Shown here one piece after another: positions 55,486 through 64,000 of a stretch of 64,000 nucleotides of DNA. This DNA is from Felis catus. Its lineage: Eukaryota. Below the pieces are notes generated by a model. That model did not search any database. It was given only the letters and a program-made list of their open reading frames with translations, and was not told where the DNA came from. Numbering within the stretch: the first letter of the stretch is position 1; each line of letters opens with the position of its first letter. The stretch is taken from assembly GCF_018350175.1 (NCBI RefSeq), contig NC_058368.1, positions 105,216,001 through 105,280,000 on the forward strand, in the 5' to 3' direction. The position numbers and the translations under genes are program-made.

Positions 55486-55764
55486 GGCACAAGGCTGTTT
55501 TTAAACACTAGTCATTTTAATGATTAGACTATTGCTGTTCTATATTGTTCAAATAAAATTTAAGAGATTTATCTCTTTATCAACCAACTGTATCAGTCAA
55601 CTGGGACGAAAATTTTCAAGAGTATCTTTTATCATGATGTCCACCCCAAGGACTCAACCCTCTTATTCTCTCTTTTCCTGTAAACTTCCTTAGGATCAAA
55701 GCTCCTATAGAAACTTGGTGTTAAAAACAAAACAAAACAACAACAACACAACACAAAAAAAACC

Positions 55765-55915
55765 CTGGGATTTGAGGCTGATAAGAACATTCTGGAATTA
55801 AATAGTAACAGTGGTTATACAACATTGTTAATATAGGAAAATGAATGAATTTTACACTTTAAGGTGGTTAATGTGGTGTGTTTCATGTTCTATGAAATCT
55901 CAACTGGGAAAAAAA
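55765..55915 (+). mobile_element. Old L1 3' end fragment
   Basis: TTCTGGAATTAAATAGT...GGTTATACAACATTG...TACACTTTAAGGTGG. Confidence 0.6.
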
Positions 55916-57379
55916 CAGTGATTAAAACAATCCTCACTGGGATGTAATGACTAACACCTTGTCAAGTTTAAGTGTATTTTAATGAGAGTGCTTTGGGCCC
56001 AAATAAAATCTTGACTTGGTGGAGTTCCAAGCATTTAGAGAGAGGTTATATTCCGATTTGCTGGAGTAAGGCCAATCTTGAGTAGCTGTCCATTTGTGTC
56101 CAGATTTTTTTCAACAATGCCATCCTGCCCTTTTTGACTTTCTCTCAGCACAGCTCTTCATAAGCCTGTCCTTCCTCATATTAAGAACCAATTACTTGAT
56201 CCATAGTTCTACACCAACATTCTTTCACTACTGAACACAGATGTTTATCTTACCAGAATTTTCAAAGAATGTAACAAAGAAGGCCCTGGGATCTCACTGT
56301 TGCAAATGCTCGAACATTGTCGAAATGCACTGTTCACCACCCATTTCATCAGGCTGCATGGGGTTCAGTCTGATATTTGGTCAAAGCATAAACAGACTGC
56401 CTGTACTTCCCTACTGCTGTCAAGGGTGTTACTGCCATCACAGAAACTGACAAGAACTTGGGAAAACAAAAAGTAGATATCTTCCCCCTCAAACATACAC
56501 GATTATCCCCGCATCTGCAGAAAAGAGTATTCTGTTAAGCACTCCCACTGAATCCTCAAATACCAGAAGCTATTCCAAGGTGAAATATTTTACATGTAGA
56601 CCAGGAAACACCAGCAAGTCATAATAGGGACAGCGAGAGAGTGTAGGAGTGGTAACTTCGAGATGTACTTTCTAAGAAGTTCCTAAGGAGTTTTAATATT
56701 TATGGCAGAGAATAGCTTATATTCATCTTTATAATCTCTAGGTCTCATTCAGAGATTGCCTGTCAGTTTGTCTCTTCCTTTGTCCACTGAAGTCTTCCTG
56801 AAATAGGCTGGCTTCCTTAAATAGAACTCCACAGCCGAAGTCTGATTTCAGAAGTCCCCTCAAGGACAAGCAACTGCGCCAGGAGTCTGAAAAGCTTGCG
56901 GATGCATCATGAAGATCCCAACAAATGTGACTTATTAACTATGTGCAAATTTAGGGTGGTTCTAATTTTCAAAAGGACATTCTAGAAACCTCTAGTCCTG
57001 AAAATCACTCCCATGAAAACTAGGTGTTGCTCCGGACTCTGTTGGGTGCAAGTGACAAAAACCAAACTGTAACTATTCTCAGCAGGCTGAAGCACAGGGT
57101 TCGTGGACTGCTCATTCGGCTCTTCTCTGATACTAGCTCTACTTGAGCTACTGCAGGCACAGATCCGGAGGCGCCCTGGCTGCCCTGGTCTATAGTGAAC
57201 ATCTGTTTCTGCCTGCTCACAGCCACTTCCTTCTGTCTTTGATAGAAGCATGATTTTCCTTGGGAGATGTGTTCCTCTCCCATTCTCTGAAGTCCTATGG
57301 GACTGTTTAATCACAATGTCCCTTTCCTCCTGCCCAGGAAGATCCTTGTGACTTGCCATCTTACTCTCCTAATAAGCAT

Positions 57380-57381
<2 letters not shown>

Positions 57382-57425
<44 letters not shown>
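57382..57425. repeat. T44 homopolymer followed by (GCTTTTTT)n
   Basis: Uninterrupted run. Confidence 0.97.
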
Positions 57426-57428
<3 letters not shown>

Positions 57429-60096
57429 TTTTTGCTTTTTTGCTTTAAGTAGTCAGTATTGGCTTATAATACTTGCAGCTAAAGAACCTAAATTTATTTC
57501 CAACTCCAGGGAACAGAACTTCTTTCTCACAGAATCTATTCAGAATCTTACACAGGAATTTTATCGACCCTACTTATATCATATTCTTACCCATGGATTG
57601 ATGGCTATGGCCAAGACAGTGGGATCTTTTCATGGACCACAAGTGTGTCACATGCCAGAGCTCAAGGGTTAGGAAACGGTATCAGAAAAAAAGATGGGAA
57701 AACATTCTGGACAGAAGACCAAAAAAACCTCTCATTGTCCTCTTTAATCTACCTTAGTTACGCTTACAAACTTGTAGAAAATATCCAGGAGATGAAGATA
57801 AGATCTATCTTGTCAGTGAAGTACAAAATGTATCTTCTTTCTCTCTGTATCATTTCCCAACTGTGTATTTAGGCCCTTCCTTTGCAAAAGGTCTGGAAAT
57901 ATATTTATTTTATAATTAACAAAGGGTAAGAAGATCCATTCTGAAATTTTTGGTAGGGGTCCAAAATTTGGACCTTTGTAGCTATACCAGCTGTGGGAAT
58001 TCAATGATGTCAAGGTCCCCTCCCTCCTTTGTTTATAAGACTAATTTTGGAATTATACTATTATCAGGAAATGGTATCCTTCCTTCTATCCATCCCTTAG
58101 GATTTTTTTAAGTCTCCTGGCTTCTGTATCCTGAGAGGTGGGATAATAGTGCAAACACCAGCTAATGTCAAACAAGGCACATGGGAATTGGAACTTGATC
58201 AACTTCAAAGTTTTCCTACTTAACCATGGAGACTGCTATGATCACCAGAAGGGCATGTGCTGTTTGGCAATGCTGTTAAAGAACCCAGACTAGAGCTGAG
58301 AAGAAAGGTGTTTCCTCCTAGAAATTTGCAGAGAAGTAGTTGAACCCCTATCAAACACTGGCAGATGGACATTTGTCAACATAAGATAAATGGGAGAATC
58401 TGTAGGTTACAATTGTCAGACAGTTGGAACACCACTGGAGCTGTTCCTGGTACAAACATCTTGATGCCAAAGTAGAAAAAGTGAATGATGTTCTCTCCCA
58501 CATTCCCCAGAAACCTCAATATTATTTCTTTTGATGACTCAGTGTTTCCTGATACAAGGCTGAAGTTAGAGAATAACTATATTGGTAATATGAATAACTT
58601 TGGAGGAATGAATGAATACTGTAGAAAGAATGCATAGAACAAGAGTCTGCTGAACAAAGTGGGTGTCTTCTCTTTGAAGGCACAGGATTGATTTCTGGTA
58701 GTAGGATAGTGTTAGATATATACGCTTGTGTATATATTAGATATATACCCCCATGCATATTGTGGTGGTCTGTAAGAATATTTATTTTTAAAGATATACT
58801 GTCTTATACCAGATTATCCTACTAAATCCTCAATCAAATAAAACCACAATTTGATGCTAGACAAAAACAACAGCAACAACAACAACAAACCCATATAACT
58901 GAGAAGAAATAAACAGTGAATGTAAGAGGAACAGCATCAGTCCTGATTTGCTTAATATGCAACTGGAACCAGGAGAAGTGTGTTAATTATGCTGGCATAA
59001 TAATTGGTGCCTATAAGATCTGAAAACATTATAGCTCTTCCATAGGTGCTTTTCTTCATCCCAGAAATTAGAGCTGAGAATGTTGCTCTGCTTTTCTGGT
59101 AAGACCCGGAAGTCCTGCAACGTCAAGCTGCCATCTTGACGGAGGCCCGCTGTTAGAACATCTGCTCCAGAGGGATTAAAGGAAGATGGCGGCGTAGGAA
59201 GACGCTGGGGTTACTGCGTCCTGCAGATCACTTAGATTCCACCTACACCTGCCTAAATAACCCAGAAAACCACCAGAAGACTAGGAGAATGGATTCTCTG
59301 GAGCCAAGCGCAGACGAGAGGGCCATGGAAGAAGGTAGGAAGGGTGGAGCGGCGGTGCACGCTACACAGACTGGCGGGAGGGAGCCGGGCCGGAGGGGCG
59401 GCCTGCCGGCAAAGCAGAGCCCCCGAATCTGGCTTGCAAAAGCGGAGGGGCCAGACAGAGTATGTTCTGACAGCAAGAGGGACTTAACATCTGGAAGGTT
59501 ATAAGTTAACAGCTCTGCTCAGAGAGTGGGAAGGCTGGAGGACAACTGGAGGGAGAGTTGTTGAGCCCTGGACGACACAGCTCAGTTTGACAGGGAACAA
59601 AGGCACTCGACAGCGCCATCTCCCTCACCCATTGACCAGCCAAAATCCCAAAGGGAACTGGTTCCTGCCAGGGCACTTGCTTGCACCTTCCGAACACCCA
59701 ATGCTGTGCTTCTGCGGATCCATCCCTCCGGCAGTGGGTCTGACTCCCTCCCGGTGCCACAGGGCCCCTCCCAAAGCAGATCATTGAAGGATAAGTGAGC
59801 TGAGCCTGCCCCTCCCACCCCTGTGCACCTTGCCGATTCACTCCAGCTAATACGCCAGATCCCCAACACCACAAGCCTGGCAGTGTGCAAGTAGCCCAGA
59901 TGGGGCACACCACCCCACAGTGAATTCCGCCCCTAGGAGAGGAGAAGAGAAGGTACACACCAGTCTTCTGTGGCCCCAGCGGTGGGCTGGAGGCAGACAT
60001 CAGGTCTGATTGTGGCCCTGCCCATCAACTCAAGTTATTCAAAACAGCACAGGGGAAGTGCCCTGCAATTCCGCACCACTCCAGGGACTATCCAAA

Positions 60097-60979
60097 ATGA
60101 CGAAAAGGAAGAATTCCCCTCAAAACAATGTCCAGGAAATAACAGCAGCTAATGAACTGATCAAAAATAATTTAAACAATATAACAGAAAGTAAATTTAG
60201 AATAATAGTCATAAAATGAATCGCTGGGCTTGAAAACAGTATAGAGGACAGCAGAGAATCTATTCCTACAGAGATCAAGGGACTAAGGAACAGTCAGGAG
60301 GAGCTAAAAATGCTATAAACGACATGCAAAATAAAATGGAAACAACCACGGCTCGAATTAAAGAGGCAGAGGAGAGAATAGGTGAACTAGAAGATAAAAT
60401 TATGGAAAAAGAGGAAGCTGAGAAAAGAGAAATAAAAAAATCCAGGAGTATGAGGGGAAAATGAGAGAACTAAGTGATGCACTAAAGAGAAATAATCTAC
60501 GTATAATTGGTATTTCAGAAGAGGAAGAGAGAGGTGAAGGTGTACTTGAAGAAATAATAGCTGAAAACTTCCCAGATGTGGGGAAGGAAAAAGGCATTGA
60601 AATCCAAGAGGCACAGAGAACTCCCTTCAGACATAACATGAATCAATCTTCTGCAGAACATATCATAGTGAAACTGGCAAAATAAAAGGATAAAGAGAAA
60701 ATTCTGAAAGCAGCTAGGGATAAACACACTCTAACATATAAAGGGAGACCTATAGGACTCATGACCAATCTCTCTACTGACACTTGGCAGGCCAGAAAGG
60801 AATGGCAGGAAATCTTCAATGTGATGAACAGAAAAAATATGCAGCCGAGAATCCTTTATCCAGCAAGTCTGTCATTTAGAACAGAAGGAGAGATAAAGGT
60901 CTTCCCAAACAAACAAAAACTGAAGGAATTCATCAGCACTAAACCAGCCCTACAAGATATCTTAAGGGGGATCCTGTGA
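60097..60979 (+). pseudogene. L1 ORF1p, disrupted
   Basis: ATG at 60097, premature TGA at 60217-60219, further stops and frameshifts. C-terminus ...KPALQDILRGIL* ends at 60979. Confidence 0.9.
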
Positions 60980-61029
60980 GACAAAGTACCAGAGACATCG
61001 CTACAAGCATGAAACCTATGGACATCACA

Positions 61030-64000
61030 ATGACTCTAAACCCATATCTTTCCATAATAACACTAAATGTAAATGGACTAAATGTGCCAACTAAAAGACA
61101 CAGGGCATCAGAATGAATAAAAAAACAAGATCCATCTATTTGCTGTCTACAAGAAACTCATTTTAGACCTGAGGACACCTTCAGATTGAAAGTGAGGGGA
61201 TGGAGAACTATTTATCATGCTGCTGGAAGTCAAAAAAAGCTGGAGTAGCCATACTTATATCAGAAAAACTAGACTTTAAATTAAAGGCTGTAACAAGAGA
61301 TGAAGAAGGGCATTATATAATAATTACAGGGTCTATCCAACAGGAAGAGCTAACAATTATAAATGTCTATGTGCCAAATATGGAGCCCCCCAAATATATA
61401 AAACAATTACAAACATAAGCAACCTTATTGATAAGAATGTGGTAATTGCAGGGGACTTTAACACTCCACTTACAGAAATGGATAGATCATCTAGACACAC
61501 GGTCAATAAAGAAACAAGGGCCCTGAATAATACATTGGATCAGATGGACTTGACAGATATATTTAGAAGTCTGTATCCCAAAGCAACAGAATATACTTTC
61601 TTCTCAAGTGCACATGGAACATTCTCCAAGAGAGGTCACACAGTGGGTAACAAAACAGCCCTTCATAAGTATACAAGAATTGAGATCTTACCATGCATAC
61701 TTTCAGACCAAAATGCTATGAAGCTTAAAATCAATCACAGGAAAACATCTGGAAAACCTCCAAAAGCATGGAGGTTAAAGAACACCCTACTAAAGAGTGA
61801 ATGGGTCAACCAGGCAATTAGAGAAGAAATTTAAAAATATATGGAAACAAACGAAAATGAAAATACAACAATCCAAGCACTTTGGGATGCAGCGAAGGCA
61901 GTCCTGAGAGGAAAATACATCGCAATCCAGGCCTATCTCAGGAAACAAGAAAAATCCCAAATACAAAATCTAACAGCACACCTAAAGGAAATAGAAGCAG
62001 AACAGCAAAGGCAGCCTAAACCTAGCAGAAGAAGAGAAATAATAAAGATCAGAGCAGAAATAAACAATATAGAATCAAAAAACAAAACAAAACTGTAGAG
62101 CAGATCAATGAAACCAAGAGCTGTTTTTTGGAAAAATAAACAAAATTGATAAACCTCTAGCCAGGCTTCTCAAAAAGAAAAGGGAGATGACCCAAATAGA
62201 TAAAATCATGAATGAAAATGGAATTATTACAACCAATCCCTCAGAAATACAAACAATTATCAGGGAATACTATGAAAAATTATATGCCAACAAACTGGAC
62301 AACCTGGAAGAAATGGACAAATTCCTAAACACCCATACGCTTCCAAAACTCAATCAGGAGGAAATAGAAAACTAGAACAGACCCATAACCAGTGGAGAAA
62401 TTGGATCAGTTACCAAAAATCTCCCAACAAATAAGAGTCCAGGACCAGATGGCTTCCCAAGGGAGTTCTACCAGACGTTTAAAGCAGAGATAATACCTAT
62501 CCTTCTCAAGCCATTCCAAAAAATAGAAAGGGAAGGAAAACTTCCAGACTCATTCTATGAAGCCACTATTACTTTGATTCCTAAACCAGACAGAGACCCG
62601 GTAAAAAAAGAGAAGTACAGGCCAATATCCCTGATGAATATGGATGCAAAAATTCTCAATAAGATACTAGCAAATCGAATTCAACAGTATACAAAAAGAA
62701 TTATTCACCATGATCAAGTGGGATTCCTTCCTGGGATGCAGGGTTGGTTCAACATTCACAAATCAATCAATGTGATACATCACATTAATAAAAGAAAAGA
62801 TAAGAACCATATGATCCTGTCGATGCAGAAAAAGCATTTCACAAACTTCAGCAACGTTTCTTAATAAAAACCCTCAAGAAAGTCGGGATAGAAGGAACAT
62901 ACTTAAACATCATAAAAGTCATTTATGAAAATCCCACAGCTAACATCATCCTCAATGGGGAAAAACTGAGAGCTTTCCCCCTGAGATCAGGAACACGACA
63001 GGGATGCCCACTCTCACCGCTGTAGTTTAACATAGTGCTGGAAGTTCAAGCATCAGCAATCAGACAACAAAAGGAAATCAAAGGCATCAAAATTGGCAAA
63101 GATGAAGTAAAGCTTTCACTTTTTGCAGATGACATGATATTATACATGGAAAATCCCATACACTCCACCAAAAGTCTGCTAGAACTGATACAGGAATTCA
63201 GCAAAGTTGCCGGATAAAAAAATCAATGTACAGAAATCAGTTGCATTCTTATACACTAATAATGAAGTAACAGAAAGACAAATAAAGAAACTGATCCCAT
63301 TCATAATTGCACCAAGAAGCATAAAATACCTAGGGATAAATCTAAACAAAGATGTAAAAGATCTGTATGCTGAAAACTATAGAAAGCTTATGAAGGAAAT
63401 TGAAGAAGATATAAAGAAATGGAAAAACATTCCGTGCTCATGGATTGGAAGAAGAAATATTGTCAAAATGTCAATACTACCCAAAGCTATCTACACATTC
63501 AATGCAATCCCAATCAAAATTGCACCAGCATTTTTCTCAAAGCTAGAACAAGCAATCCTAAAATTCATATGGAACCACAAAAGGCCCCAAACAGCCAAAG
63601 TAATTTTGAAGAAGAAGAGCAAAGCAGGAGGCATCACAATCCCAGACTTTAGCCTCTACTACAAAGCTGTCATCATCAAGACAGCATGGTACTGGCACAA
63701 AAACAGACACATAGACCAATGGAATAGAATAGAAACCCCAGAACTAGACCCACAAACATATGGCCAACTACTCTTTGACAAAGCAGGAAAGAACATCCAA
63801 CGGAAAAAAGACAGTCTCTTTAACAAATGGTGCTGGGAGAACTGGACAGCAACATGCAGAAGATTGAAACTAGACCACTTTCTCACACCATTCACAAAAA
63901 TAAACTCAAAATGGATAAAGGACCTGAATGTGAGACAGGAAACCATCAAAACCCTCGAGGAGAAAGCAGGAAAAGACCTCTCTGACCTCAGCCGTAGCAA
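61030..64000 (+). pseudogene. L1 ORF2p (APE endonuclease + reverse transcriptase), disrupted, partial
   Basis: MTLNPYLSIITLNVNGLN at 61030, premature TGA at 61114-61116. Broken into many ORF fragments in the track. RT catalytic FADD motif at ~63122-63133. Confidence 0.93.

Larger units (their letters stand above)
59181..64000 (+). mobile_element. 5'-intact felid LINE-1 (L1_Fc-like): 5'UTR, ORF1 and ORF2, truncated by the window end; retrotransposition-defective
   Basis: Begins GGAAGATGGCGGCGTAGGAAGACGCTG (YY1-type L1 start), followed by a GC-rich 5'UTR, ORF1-like peptides (MTKRKNSPQ..., RKNMQPRILYPASLSF) and ORF2 endonuclease/RT peptides ([40 protein letters not shown]). Confidence 0.97.

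Noticed and set aside
59243..60000. Antisense ORFs in the L1 5'UTR (ORF0-like)
   Set aside because: GC-rich UTR sequence gives open frames by chance, and there is no evidence here of conservation or translation.
1..64000. CRISPR array, operon, prokaryotic defence system or other novel multi-gene system
   Set aside because: The sequence is mammalian intronic DNA, with no regularly spaced repeat-spacer array and no gene-dense ORF cluster. The only reverse transcriptase is ordinary, disabled LINE-1 ORF2.

Overview
AT-rich mammalian genomic DNA. The carnivore CAN-SINEs, including young CpG-intact Felidae-type copies, and the cat-type L1 5'UTR point to a felid. I can support only one host coding exon: a 133-nt internal exon at 51057-51189 (+). 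Its translation (KLKHKRKLKKLQTDLATAKQEAAITVLELNEKIKTLCEGKPAPR) matches my recollection of CCDC192, so the rest of the window is most simply read as two very large introns. These are packed with retroelements: about 20 SINEs, several 5'-truncated L1s with target-site duplications (TSDs), old L1M/L2/MIR/MaLR fragments, and the first 4.8 kb of a 5'-intact but disabled L1 running off the right end. I see no evidence for a new biological system, and most short ORFs in the track are repeat-derived or chance. The most notable sequence-level observations are a clear L1 3'-transduction of ~220 bp (47052-48462), a triplicated target site from two SINEs hitting the same nick (14611-15077), and an ETS/YY1 motif cluster just upstream of the L1 promoter. 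Repeat family names come from recalled consensus sequences and were not checked by search.
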